The position numbers and the translations under genes were made by a program. Below are positions 39,729 through 49,705 of a DNA stretch of 64,000 bases, in pieces. The stretch covers positions 771 through 64,770 of the forward strand of contig CANLPK010000004.1 of assembly GCA_947492885.1 (NCBI GenBank), written 5' to 3'. The notes beneath the pieces are model-generated. The model searched no databases. It was not told the origin of the DNA and saw only the letters and a list, made by a program, of their open reading frames with translations. Numbering within the stretch: position 1 is the first letter of the stretch; each line of letters opens with the position of its first letter. Origin of the DNA: Bacteroidota bacterium. GTDB taxonomy: Bacteria; Bacteroidota; Bacteroidia; UKL13-3.

Positions 39729-39751
39729 TTCTGTTGTCTGCCAATAAAATT

Positions 39752-39787
39752 AAAACCCTGCAGTATTGAACTTGCAGGGTTTTTTTA
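39752..39787 (+). terminator. strong rho-independent (potentially bidirectional) terminator
   Basis: 11-bp stem aaaaccctgca/tgcagggtttt with a 10-nt loop and a run of 7 T. Confidence 0.75.
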
Positions 39788-39955
39788 TGATTTATAATTT
39801 GGTTTACCTCTATGACTCCCACACTCAATGGACTTTCTAATCTAAATAGTAAAGAAGCTACTAATAAGTTTAAAAGGCTAGGGTAGAATGCGTTCACGAA
39901 ACCCTGGAGGGCATGCGTATCGTACTGAAAAATTCCATTATGCAAACAATTAATG

Positions 39956-39963
39956 TATATTTG
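39956..39963 (+). promoter_or_regulatory. -7 box TATATTTG upstream of the T9SS cargo operon
   Basis: Exact TAnnTTTG 26 nt before the ATG at 39990. Confidence 0.45.
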
Positions 39964-39989
39964 TTATTCAAATTTTAACACTTATCAAT

Positions 39990-42341
39990 ATGAAAAAAAT
40001 TCTTTTGACCCTCCCGCTATTTCTTTTATTCTTCTTAAATAATAACGTAAAAGCTGCTGATATTACTTTTACATATTCTTCTACTCCACAATACATGAGT
40101 GCTATAAATGGTTGTGACAACATTATACTTGATCGAGGTGCATATGTTATAATTAGTGGTGTTACAATAAAAATGAATCCAAACAAATCAATAACTATTA
40201 ATAAAGGGGCTGTCTTGAAAATAGAAAACAGTGGTGCGGATCGCGGCCTGATTACTCATACTGGAAGTGGCACCAATTATTGGAGTGGAATTGACATTAT
40301 AGGTGATAGAAATTATGCTCAAATGCCAGAGAATATTTACACTAGTAATTTCCTTAGCAGTAATAATGCTACCAATTACCAAGCCATGAATCAAGGATTA
40401 CTCTGGGTGGAAAATAGTGATATCATGTGGGCAAACATCGCAGTTAACTCTTCCTGGGGCACTGGAGGTGGGTATTTCCTGATAAACAATGCCGGATTTG
40501 ATAATAATAACTATTCTATTGTTTTAAGAGGTTATTCAAAATTTGATCAGTTATCAAGTGTACACGGATCTTTATTTAATTGTTCTACTTATTTACCGTC
40601 AACCAACTACGACTTCGCTCATATCTTAATCCAAGATTGTTCAAAAATAAATAACACTGGGTTTTATATTGAAGGTTGCCTTTTTAGAAATAGCAACTTG
40701 TATTCAAATCTAGTCGGAGTCTCGGCTCTTAACTCATTTATTAGTATTATAAAGGAAACCAAATTTTATAATTTGAAAATTGGAGTCCTTTCTGAAAAGG
40801 GTACCTATGTAAACAGCGGAGGGTATTTAGGTAGTGCAATTTTTGAACATTGTGATAGAGGAGCCGTGGTATTGGGTGCTAATAGTTTTATCGCAAGTTA
40901 CTGCTTCTTTGGTGTTGATAGAAAAGTAATTTACGGTAACTTCAGTAAATTGGTTCCTGCTAATGTGCCTGTGGGACTTTTTATTTCTGGTGCCGCTTAC
41001 TATCGTGTTGATCATTGTTTCTTTGATAAGGCCGCTGCACAATCCATACCACCTTACACTGTTTCAAATTATGGAATCATCGTTGATAATAATGCCAGCC
41101 TTGGATTTAACCTTATAGATAATAATACGTTTATTCGAGAATGTGTAGGAGTCCAATCTCAAAATGAGATCAAATCAACATTTTTGCAATGTAATGATTT
41201 TGGTATGGGGACAGTTAGTTTAGAAACCATAAACTACGATATTACTGTACCAAAAGGCACCTTACGACAACATTTCGGATGTGGAAGTTCAGGCGCCTTC
41301 TATGATAGACTTCCTGGAAATAAATTCAGTACCAAAGTTCAATTTGAACATAATATTCATATTATTTCGCCCGATTATACTATTCTAAAAAGGTTACAAT
41401 ATAGATGGGGAGGTGGAACAAGGCAACAGCCCCAAGCTGCGAACAATTTAATTAAATCAAATTCAGGTTGTAGCATACCTGGTTGCAGCAAAGGGGAAGA
41501 CGATTCTATCCGTGCTAATAACTTTCTCAAAAGTTTTGTTAGTTACTATGGATCGGCATCGATTTTAGATTCATTAACGAATGTGAACAGCAATGACACC
41601 GCCGAAGTTGAAATGGCGATATATTTTAAAAATCATTTTTTAAATGAATTGGTAAGTAGTATTTCAAATGCTGAGCAATTAGATACCGCCTTAACTGTTC
41701 TGAGAAACGATACATCGCTTACAAGCGCCTATCAATTAGTTATTTTACAACTCAATAGTGGAAATTACACCGATGCTCAAGGTACTTTAGATAATATTTC
41801 TTCGACAACACAAGAAGCATTAAATTTTAAAGGGCTTTATAATATATTAATTCCAGTTTATAATTCTGGCACTTTTGAAAGTTTAGACTCAGTTAGAAAC
41901 TTAATTGACTCCATTGCCTCTGACTCGGATTTTATTGCCAAACAAGCAAAGTATCTGGTTAATTATATTGATGAAACCAATTCAATAATAGACAGTGTTG
42001 AATTTACTCCTGTTTATCTTGACAGTATCTTACCCGATGAAATTATAGATACTGGTGCTGTTGAAGGTAACAACTATGAAATCGTGGTTTACCCAAATCC
42101 AATTCAAGAAAATTTATATGCAGATCTTACCAATAATTCTGGATCTGTTGGGAACTACACTATGAAATTATTCAATTCCTTCGGTACTTATATAAATGAA
42201 AACCAAACTATTATTAATAATACAGAGACCCAAACCTTACATATTGATACTTCGGGTTTAGGTATTGGATTTTATTATCTTTTATTTTATGATAATGATA
42301 ATGCAGTAATTGACAACAGAATTATTATAAAAACCCCATGA
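39990..42341 (+). CDS. large secreted protein, beta-helix-like N-terminal half, T9SS C-terminal sorting domain
   Basis: 783 aa. It has a signal peptide and N/G/S-rich short-strand repeats suggestive of a parallel beta-helix. The C-terminus is VVYPNPIQENLYADL...GFYYLLFYD...IIIKTP. Confidence 0.6.
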   Translation: MKKILLTLPLFLLFFLNNNVKAADITFTYSSTPQYMSAINGCDNIILDRGAYVIISGVTIKMNPNKSITINKGAVLKIENSGADRGLITHTGSGTNYWSGIDIIGDRNYAQMPENIYTSNFLSSNNATNYQAMNQGLLWVENSDIMWANIAVNSSWGTGGGYFLINNAGFDNNNYSIVLRGYSKFDQLSSVHGSLFNCSTYLPSTNYDFAHILIQDCSKINNTGFYIEGCLFRNSNLYSNLVGVSALNSFISIIKETKFYNLKIGVLSEKGTYVNSGGYLGSAIFEHCDRGAVVLGANSFIASYCFFGVDRKVIYGNFSKLVPANVPVGLFISGAAYYRVDHCFFDKAAAQSIPPYTVSNYGIIVDNNASLGFNLIDNNTFIRECVGVQSQNEIKSTFLQCNDFGMGTVSLETINYDITVPKGTLRQHFGCGSSGAFYDRLPGNKFSTKVQFEHNIHIISPDYTILKRLQYRWGGGTRQQPQAANNLIKSNSGCSIPGCSKGEDDSIRANNFLKSFVSYYGSASILDSLTNVNSNDTAEVEMAIYFKNHFLNELVSSISNAEQLDTALTVLRNDTSLTSAYQLVILQLNSGNYTDAQGTLDNISSTTQEALNFKGLYNILIPVYNSGTFESLDSVRNLIDSIASDSDFIAKQAKYLVNYIDETNSIIDSVEFTPVYLDSILPDEIIDTGAVEGNNYEIVVYPNPIQENLYADLTNNSGSVGNYTMKLFNSFGTYINENQTIINNTETQTLHIDTSGLGIGFYYLLFYDNDNAVIDNRIIIKTP

Positions 42342-43153
42342 AAAAAATAATTTCTATTTGTTTTCAACTAGGTATAGTGCTATTGGCCAATTCACAATGT
42401 ACCCGACAAGTAACGCATACTTCAGGGACGATGAATATTGGAGGTATTAATATAAATGTAACATCTTCAGGAATAGTTGATACTATGACTACCTATTGTA
42501 CAAGTACCTTCCCATTTGTAGTTGGAGGACATTGGCCAAACATAAGCGGGATTGGTAGATATATGTTCAGCTTTTCCCCCCCTATTGATTCCCTCACTTT
42601 AAATTTTAGTCAAATTAATGATGCTAATGATACAAATGAACAAGAAGTAGTTAGGCTCTATATTAATTCTGTACATTACTCAATACCATCTCCCGGTACC
42701 AGAAAAGGTTGTGATTCCTTCGCTGTATTAACTCCGTATGGTGATATAACAGGATGTAAGAACTGTGGGGTTGCGGGATGGAATGGTACTACAATTCGAG
42801 GTAAAATTTCAACCTTAACTGTGGTTGACACGACTGGAGACGGACTTGGTTTTGGAGGCTCCCTATTTTCACTTTTTATTTCCAGTCCTTGGGGTAACGG
42901 CATAAAAACTAGCAATAAAATTTCGCCTGCCGTTTTTTATCCTAATCCAATTACAAACAAAACCCAATTAACCGTTCCCGATTTTATTCCTGCACAGGTA
43001 ATAATATACGACCTACAAGGCCTTGAATGTAGGCGGCAGTCATTTAATCATACCATTATAATAAATATGGAATCATTGCCTAAGGGTATTTATTTTTACC
43101 AAATAATGAATGAGCAAGGCGAGGTGCAAATAGGTAAAATTCTAAAAGAATGA
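42338..43153 (+). CDS. secreted Cys-containing protein of unknown function with T9SS C-terminal domain (paralog 1)
   Basis: 271 aa. Signal peptide, then FYPNPITNKTQLTV...GIYFYQIMNEQGEVQIGKILKE. Its start overlaps the upstream stop (ATGA). Confidence 0.6.
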   Translation: MKKIISICFQLGIVLLANSQCTRQVTHTSGTMNIGGININVTSSGIVDTMTTYCTSTFPFVVGGHWPNISGIGRYMFSFSPPIDSLTLNFSQINDANDTNEQEVVRLYINSVHYSIPSPGTRKGCDSFAVLTPYGDITGCKNCGVAGWNGTTIRGKISTLTVVDTTGDGLGFGGSLFSLFISSPWGNGIKTSNKISPAVFYPNPITNKTQLTVPDFIPAQVIIYDLQGLECRRQSFNHTIIINMESLPKGIYFYQIMNEQGEVQIGKILKE

Positions 43154-43192
43154 ATATATTTAAACATCACTATCACCAAAAATAAAAACTCC

Positions 43193-44008
43193 ATGAAAAA
43201 ATTAATTTCTGTTTGTCTCCTTTTAGGAATAGTGCTATTGGCCAATTCACAATGTACCCGACAGGTAATGCATACCTCTGGGTCCTTGAATATTGGAGGT
43301 GTTAATATTACTGTAACTTCATCTGGATTTGTTGATACAACAACGACCTATTGTCTAAACACAATTCCATTTCTAATCGGTCAACATCAGCCTAATCAAT
43401 TTGGATTCGGAAGTTATTTTTTTACATTTTCCCCGCCAATTGATTCTCTTACTTTAAATTTTAGTGGAATAATGGATGATTTAGATACTAATTTACAAGA
43501 AGTAGTAAAGCTTTATATAAATTCGATTCACTACCCAATACCTATTCAAGGTATTAGGAATGGCTGTGATTCGATGGCTATTTTAACACCTGCTGGTGAT
43601 ATAACAGGATGTAAAAATTGTGGAGTTTCTGGTTGGAGTGGTACCACGATTCGTGGTAAAATAGCCACATTAAAAGTTGTTGATACAATAAATAGTCAGT
43701 TTGGAGATGGAGGGTCATCTTTTTCACTTTTTATTTCCAGTCCTTGGGGTAATGGAATAAATACTAGTAATAAAAATTCGCCTGCCGTTTTATATCCTAA
43801 TCCAATTACAAACAATACCCAATTAACTGTTCCCGATTTTATTCCTTCACAGGTAATAATATACGACCTACAAGGCCTTGAATGCATGCGGGAGTACTTT
43901 AGTCATTCCGTTATACTAAATATGGAATCATTGCCTAATGGTTTTTATTTTTACAAAATAATGAATGAGCAAGGCGCGGAGTACACTGGCAAAATTTTGA
44001 AAGAGTGA
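43193..44008 (+). CDS. secreted Cys-containing protein of unknown function with T9SS C-terminal domain (paralog 2)
   Basis: 271 aa and gaplessly colinear with paralog 1. I hand-counted 202 of 271 identical residues. Confidence 0.6.
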   Translation: MKKLISVCLLLGIVLLANSQCTRQVMHTSGSLNIGGVNITVTSSGFVDTTTTYCLNTIPFLIGQHQPNQFGFGSYFFTFSPPIDSLTLNFSGIMDDLDTNLQEVVKLYINSIHYPIPIQGIRNGCDSMAILTPAGDITGCKNCGVSGWSGTTIRGKIATLKVVDTINSQFGDGGSSFSLFISSPWGNGINTSNKNSPAVLYPNPITNNTQLTVPDFIPSQVIIYDLQGLECMREYFSHSVILNMESLPNGFYFYKIMNEQGAEYTGKILKE

Positions 44009-44587
44009 CATTTTGAAGGTTTGAAAATTGAATGAGTAATTCATTACGATTTGTTCAAAATCAATTCCCTGAAAGTTCCGATCAACAATAGTCAAATTTA
44101 TACCTATGGGGCAAATGATTCAAGATTCAACAATTTCAACTCCGCTGGGGTTGTAATGCATTTTTTAGCAATTAATTAAACAACCATAAATTGTAATTAT
44201 GTTCCGATTTCATTCCATATTGTATCCTAATAAATTCTCTAATTTGTTTATTTCTGGTTGAACAAGAGGGTAGTTAAACTTTACTTTGATGTCTCATTAA
44301 TTCATTTTGGGTTGTGCCGATAAGGAATTTCTCAGAAGCATTTGCATTATATTTATGAAAAATTTCACCACGCACCTGCTTTTGTATTGCACACCAATAG
44401 AATTAGATAACAATCGAAACGATATTCATATTGAATCGGCTCAAAGTTTCACTTAAAAATATGTTTAGGTAAGATGTAAAAAATTTAGACCCGAAGGTAG
44501 TGCTTGTAATAGGACACAACGTTTGATTAACGAATTTAATAAATATCTTCGCACAACGATTTCAGCGATTCAAGCGATTAGTATTAT

Positions 44588-45586
44588 ATGAACAAAAGAC
44601 GTGTCTTATCACTCCTGGCCATCTTATTATTGGCAGGAATTTCAGTTTTTATTTTCCGTAAAAAAATCTTTAGAGAAAATAGTATTAGCGATTTCGCTGT
44701 GCAGGATACCGCCGCTATAACACGTATATTTTTGGCCGATAAAAATGGGCATCAAAGCACCCTCGATAAAACGGCCGATGGGCATTGGCGCGTAAATAAT
44801 AAGTTTGATGTACAAGAAAGTAAAATGCAAACATTAATGGATGCCATCTATCGTGTTCGCGTAAAAAGCCCTGTACCTCAAAAAGATCGAGAGGATGTAA
44901 TAAAAATTTTAGCAACCTCCGTGAAGGTTATGATATACAAAGGAGAGGATCTTCTTAAAGTATATTACGTGGGCAGTGAAACAGCCGATTACTTAGGAAC
45001 TTATATGGTTATTGAAAATGCAGAATCACCCATGATTACCGAAATTCCTGGTTTTAATGGCTTCCTGACTCCCCGTTTTATGACTCGTGAAGAAGATTGG
45101 AAATCGAATTCCATAGTGCGTATTCGGCCAGAAAATTTAGAGACTGTCTCGGTGAGTTATGCAAACCATCCTGAAGTATCTTATACAATTAAAGGGAGTA
45201 ACGGCAATTATGAAGTGCATTCTCTGGACCCTTCAATTAAAGTGGTATTTAACAACCAGCAAAAAATTTCAGAGTATCTGCAACTCTTCTCCAATCTTTC
45301 AATGGAGGGTTATGATAACCGTGCCAATAAAGCATTTAACGATTCCCTCAATACATCCGAGCCATTGATGTCGATTAACTTAAAAGAGGTGAATGGAAAT
45401 ACATCATGGATACATGTGTACTTAAAAATGTTACCCGTAGGCAACGAGCGCATCGATGAATATGGAAAAGCCACAAATATTGACCCTAACAGATACTATG
45501 CGATAAGCAGTACTGAAGGCAGGGTAATGGTAGTGCAAGCAGCCAATTTTGGCCGCGTCATGCAGCGTTTCGACTTCTTCAAATAA
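44588..45586 (+). CDS. DUF4340-family protein
   Basis: 332 aa. N-terminal TM anchor, then ITRIFLADKNGHQSTLDKTADGHWRVNNKFDV, typical of DUF4340. Confidence 0.55.
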   Translation: MNKRRVLSLLAILLLAGISVFIFRKKIFRENSISDFAVQDTAAITRIFLADKNGHQSTLDKTADGHWRVNNKFDVQESKMQTLMDAIYRVRVKSPVPQKDREDVIKILATSVKVMIYKGEDLLKVYYVGSETADYLGTYMVIENAESPMITEIPGFNGFLTPRFMTREEDWKSNSIVRIRPENLETVSVSYANHPEVSYTIKGSNGNYEVHSLDPSIKVVFNNQQKISEYLQLFSNLSMEGYDNRANKAFNDSLNTSEPLMSINLKEVNGNTSWIHVYLKMLPVGNERIDEYGKATNIDPNRYYAISSTEGRVMVVQAANFGRVMQRFDFFK

Positions 45587-45595
45587 GTATCCGAT

Positions 45596-46984
45596 TTAGT
45601 TGGTGGTAGTAGGATGTAAAGCCCTCCACTGTTCATTAAAACTTTTCTCAGCCACAATGGGTGTTTCGCGTTTATCACCCCAAGTTTCTTTGAAGAAGTA
45701 TTTCATGAATTGATTTTTGAGGCCACTACTTTTATTCATTCGGCTGCGTTCCATCATACCCCAACGCCATAGTTTCCAACCGTTATTTTCCGTCCACTTA
45801 TTCAATTTGCTTTTCACCGCATCTCTTCTATTAAAAAGAAGCAGGTTATGGATATCAATTTTTACTGGGCATACTTCGGTGCAATTACCGCAAAGTGTAG
45901 AAGCATAGCTAAGATGCTTGTATTCTTCCATCCCTCGTAAATGAGGCGTTATTACCGAGCCTATTGGACCTGAATACGTTGTTTGATAACTATGCCCTCC
46001 AATATTTTTATATACCGGACAAGCGTTTAAACACGCACCGCAGCGAATACATCCCAAGGCTTGTCGTTGCTCGTGTTGCGCCAATAGTTCGGTACGTCCA
46101 TTGTCGAGGAGTAATACATACATCTCCTTCGGTCCGTCGGCTTCCTCTTTGCCTGCTGGCCCACTAATGATGGTATTGTATGCGGTGATTCGCTGACCGG
46201 TACCCGCTGTTGCCAGCAGAGGCAGAAACAAATCAAGATCGGTTAAGTTTGGAATTATTTTTTCGATACCAACCACCACGATATGTACTTTGGGAAATGC
46301 AGTAGTAAGTCGAGCATTTCCTTCATTCTCGGTAATGGATATACTTCCAGTATCGGCAATTAAAAAATTAGCTCCGGTGATTCCCACTTTTGCTTCCGTA
46401 TACTTATCGCGAAGAAGCATACGTGCATGCAAGCTCAATTGCTCAGGAGTTAAATCGGGTGAGGTGCCTAGTTTACGAGCAAAGAGATCGGCAATATCTT
46501 CCTTGCTTTTATGCATCGCTGGAGTAACAATATGGTAAGGTTTTTCTCCATCGAGTTGTTGTATGTATTCACCCAAATCTGTTTCAATGCTATCTATTCC
46601 CTGATGCTTGAGAAGTTCATTGAGTCCTATTTCTTCGGTGGCCATCGATTTGGCTTTCACAATCATCTTAGCATCGTTGGCTTTTAGAATGCTCATCACC
46701 TCTTTCTGTGCACCTTCCACATCTTCACACCAAATTACCTTCGTTCCCTTTCTTTGCGTATTGGCCTCAAATTCTAAAAGGTATTTATCTAAATTTTCAA
46801 GCACCTTCCATTTAAGCATGGCGGCACGTGTTCGGGCAAGTTCGTAATTGTCGTATTGCTTCCGACCATTACTTACAGCCACTTTATATTTCCCAATATT
46901 ATTATTGATTATCTGGCGGTGACGCGTATCGAATGCCTTGGCATCAGAGGCTTCCAGAAAGGATTCTAATTCTTTTTTTGACAC
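45596..46984 (-). CDS. lutB: LutB-like iron-sulfur protein (LUD domain plus 2x4Fe-4S)
   Basis: 462 aa. CIRCGACLNACPVY and CGNCTEVCPVKI sit after a LUD-type domain. Confidence 0.75.
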   Translation of the reverse strand: MSKKELESFLEASDAKAFDTRHRQIINNNIGKYKVAVSNGRKQYDNYELARTRAAMLKWKVLENLDKYLLEFEANTQRKGTKVIWCEDVEGAQKEVMSILKANDAKMIVKAKSMATEEIGLNELLKHQGIDSIETDLGEYIQQLDGEKPYHIVTPAMHKSKEDIADLFARKLGTSPDLTPEQLSLHARMLLRDKYTEAKVGITGANFLIADTGSISITENEGNARLTTAFPKVHIVVVGIEKIIPNLTDLDLFLPLLATAGTGQRITAYNTIISGPAGKEEADGPKEMYVLLLDNGRTELLAQHEQRQALGCIRCGACLNACPVYKNIGGHSYQTTYSGPIGSVITPHLRGMEEYKHLSYASTLCGNCTEVCPVKIDIHNLLLFNRRDAVKSKLNKWTENNGWKLWRWGMMERSRMNKSSGLKNQFMKYFFKETWGDKRETPIVAEKSFNEQWRALHPTTTN

Positions 46985-46990
46985 GGTGTG

Positions 46991-47824
46991 TTAGTTTAAA
47001 ACCAAGTTGTCAATCAATCGCACCTCATCAACAAAGGCGGCACAAAGTGCAACCGCAGGCTCTGCTAAGGAGTGTAATGGCAACAAGGTTTCTGCATTCA
47101 CAATATTAAAATATTCTGTTCGGTATAATGGCTCCTCATCTAGCCAACTTTTACACCGTTGCTCCAACATTGTAATATTTTGTGTACGGTAATGCGCTTG
47201 TGCATATTGCAGCGCTTCATAAATACGAATGGCTTTATCACGTCCATTTTCACCCAATCGAGTATTTCTAGAACTCATTGCCAATCCATCGTTTTCTCTT
47301 AGAGTAGCTTCGAAATGCAATAGCACGGGAAGTTTCAGGTCGGCAACTAATTTTTGTATCAGCATGCATTGCTGATAATCTTTCAATCCGAAATACGCAT
47401 TGGATGGATTTACAATCATGAAAAATTTATGAACCACGATGGCCACTCCTTTAAAATGACCTGGTCGCAAAGCCCCTTCAAATACGCTATCTAGCGCACC
47501 TACTTCAAACTTCAATTCGGGCTCCTTCGTATCTGGATACATTTCTGAAGCATCGGGTGCAAATAAAATATCACATCCTGCACTAACCAGCAAGTCCATA
47601 TCGGATGGCAAGGTGCGAGGATACTTTTGTAAATCGTTCGTATTATTAAATTGTAATGGGTTGACGAAAATACTGCATACAGTAAATTCATTTTCTTCTT
47701 TACTCTTTGCTATTAATGACATATGGCCCGCATGTAAAGCCCCCATGGTGGGCACAAAGCCGATAGTACCGGTGCGTGTTGAAAGATGAATTTGAAGGTC
47801 CTTTATTTTTTTAAATAACAACAT
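46991..47824 (-). CDS. panC: pantoate--beta-alanine ligase
   Basis: 277 aa. GFVPTMGALHAGHMSL and SIFVNPLQF are present. Confidence 0.92.
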   Translation of the reverse strand: MLLFKKIKDLQIHLSTRTGTIGFVPTMGALHAGHMSLIAKSKEENEFTVCSIFVNPLQFNNTNDLQKYPRTLPSDMDLLVSAGCDILFAPDASEMYPDTKEPELKFEVGALDSVFEGALRPGHFKGVAIVVHKFFMIVNPSNAYFGLKDYQQCMLIQKLVADLKLPVLLHFEATLRENDGLAMSSRNTRLGENGRDKAIRIYEALQYAQAHYRTQNITMLEQRCKSWLDEEPLYRTEYFNIVNAETLLPLHSLAEPAVALCAAFVDEVRLIDNLVLN

Positions 47825-47833
47825 GATGATGTT

Positions 47834-48304
47834 TTATGGGGTAACTTTATCCAATAACTTTTTCAGCTCAAAAGGGAAAAATCTTTTTACATACAACGGA
47901 AACGTAACAGATACGCCCAATTTGCGCAATTGCACATTACCATTTAATTGAAGCGGCAGGGTGATTATTCCATCATTAAGGATATTTAGTAAATGATCTT
48001 TCAATGCTTCCTTGATGGCTAATGCATCCAATACCACAGGGATGGTAACTGTAAATAATGACTTTTTCTCAATTTGAGTATTCAGGCGAAGTTGTGTGTT
48101 TCCAATAAGTATATCCCAGCACCTCCAATCCATTGAAATTTCGCGAAGTGTCACACCAATCGCATTAGGGTTTCGAAGTGTAACAGTAAATACGGTGGGT
48201 AATTTCCCTTCATGTAAATCTCCAAATTTTAAATCATCAAAACTCACCCATTCTGGTGGTTTCGGTTTTAAGCCAGAGGTGATGTCGGAGAAGAAGGAAG
48301 CCAT
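47834..48304 (-). CDS. LEA_2/WHy-like (NDR1/HIN1-like) family protein
   Basis: 156 aa. FTVTLRNPNAIGVTLREISMDW fits the LEA_2 beta-sandwich pattern. No signal peptide. Confidence 0.4.
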   Translation of the reverse strand: MASFFSDITSGLKPKPPEWVSFDDLKFGDLHEGKLPTVFTVTLRNPNAIGVTLREISMDWRCWDILIGNTQLRLNTQIEKKSLFTVTIPVVLDALAIKEALKDHLLNILNDGIITLPLQLNGNVQLRKLGVSVTFPLYVKRFFPFELKKLLDKVTP

Positions 48305-48317
48305 ATGATTATTTTAG

Positions 48318-49688
48318 TTAGTTGCTTTTCTTAAAGGCACCCTCCCATTTACTTACCACAACCGTAGCAATGGCATTTCCTACTACATTGGTAGCACTGC
48401 GTCCCATATCCAATATTTGATCAATACCTATAAATAATAAGATGCCTTCTGTTGGGATTCCAAAATTGGCGAGCATGGCGGTAATAACTACCAAACTTGC
48501 ACGTGGCACACCAGCAATGCCTTTACTGGTCACCATCAGCATCAATAACATCGTGAGCTGTTGCTGAAATGATAAATCAATTCCATAGATATGACCGATG
48601 CTAATACTTGCGAAGGTCATATACATCATGCTACCATCCAAATTGAATGAATATCCCAAAGGCAATACAAAGCCTGTGATATTTTCGGGACAACCAAAAC
48701 GATTGAGTTCTTCGATGGTTTTAGGCATGGCTGCTTCACTGCTCGAAGTACTAAATGCCAAGATGATAGGCTGACGAATATGTCGGAATAAGCTAATTAC
48801 TTTCTTACCTACCGCTAAAAAGCCAAACCCGAATAAGATACACCATAATAGCCCCAGGGAAGCATAAAATGAAACAATATAAACCGCAAATTTATTTAAT
48901 ACTCCGATACCCAGAACTGCTACTGCTGCTGTCATAGCGCCAAATACTGCCAAGGGAGCCAGGTACATAATATAACTCGTTATTTTTAACATAACGTGCC
49001 CGGCAGTATCTAATGCACTCACCAAACTTTTCCCTTTTTCTTTTAAGGCGGCAAGTGCTACACCAAATAAAATCGAGAAGATGACAATTTGTAAAATTTC
49101 ATTTTTCGCCAGGGCATCGAAAATGTTTTCTGGAAATATATGTGTGATAAACTCTTGAGGGTTGATTGCCGTAGCTTTAATGCCTGTTTCAGCACCTTTT
49201 GCTGGTAATGGCATATGAATGAGTTTGCCTGGATGAAATACGTTCACAAGCAGCATTCCTAAGAATAGCGACACGAGCGATGCAAACACAAACCATCCTA
49301 AGGCTTTACCTCCGATACGGCCCACTTGCTTTAAATCGCCAAGTTTAGCGATGCCTACTATGAGAATACAAAATACCAAGGGTGCAATGATCATTTTAAT
49401 TAAACGAAGAAAAATCGTCGTTAATGTTTGATAGAAAATCAAGGCATTATTTTTTTCTTTTTCGGCAACAACTTTGGTCTTTTTAGCTTCTGCTATTTTA
49501 AGATGCAAGGCAATGGAATTGGCACTATCGGCCTGGACACTATCCTTTTGCATGGCCTGTATTTGAGTGCCCGTTTCATCAATTTTTTGAATGATGGCTC
49601 CAACCTTATTTACATTTAAATAGTATCCCATGAGAATACCTAGAAACATGGCAACAAAAATTACCGTGGTGAGATTCTTAAAACGCAT
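48318..49688 (-). CDS. dicarboxylate/amino acid:cation symporter (DAACS/GltP family)
   Basis: 456 aa. FSTSSSEAAMP, GIAGVPRASLVV and DMGRSATNVVGNA are present. Confidence 0.88.
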   Translation of the reverse strand: MRFKNLTTVIFVAMFLGILMGYYLNVNKVGAIIQKIDETGTQIQAMQKDSVQADSANSIALHLKIAEAKKTKVVAEKEKNNALIFYQTLTTIFLRLIKMIIAPLVFCILIVGIAKLGDLKQVGRIGGKALGWFVFASLVSLFLGMLLVNVFHPGKLIHMPLPAKGAETGIKATAINPQEFITHIFPENIFDALAKNEILQIVIFSILFGVALAALKEKGKSLVSALDTAGHVMLKITSYIMYLAPLAVFGAMTAAVAVLGIGVLNKFAVYIVSFYASLGLLWCILFGFGFLAVGKKVISLFRHIRQPIILAFSTSSSEAAMPKTIEELNRFGCPENITGFVLPLGYSFNLDGSMMYMTFASISIGHIYGIDLSFQQQLTMLLMLMVTSKGIAGVPRASLVVITAMLANFGIPTEGILLFIGIDQILDMGRSATNVVGNAIATVVVSKWEGAFKKSN

Positions 49689-49705
49689 ACTGCGAAAATA
49701 ATAGT

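Larger units (their letters stand above)
42338..44008 (+). repeat. tandem gene duplication, period 855 nt
   Basis: The two copies start at 42338 and 43193. DNA is near-identical in the signal-peptide end (atagtgctattggccaattcacaatgtacccgaca) and in the CTD region. Confidence 0.85.

Noticed and set aside
39394-39747. 117-aa alternative-frame ORF (and the antisense ORF at 39266-39673) across the K/E-rich repeat region.
   Set aside because: These are artefacts of the repetitive purine-rich DNA. The frame continuous with the signal peptide and the PepSY-like domain is the coherent one.
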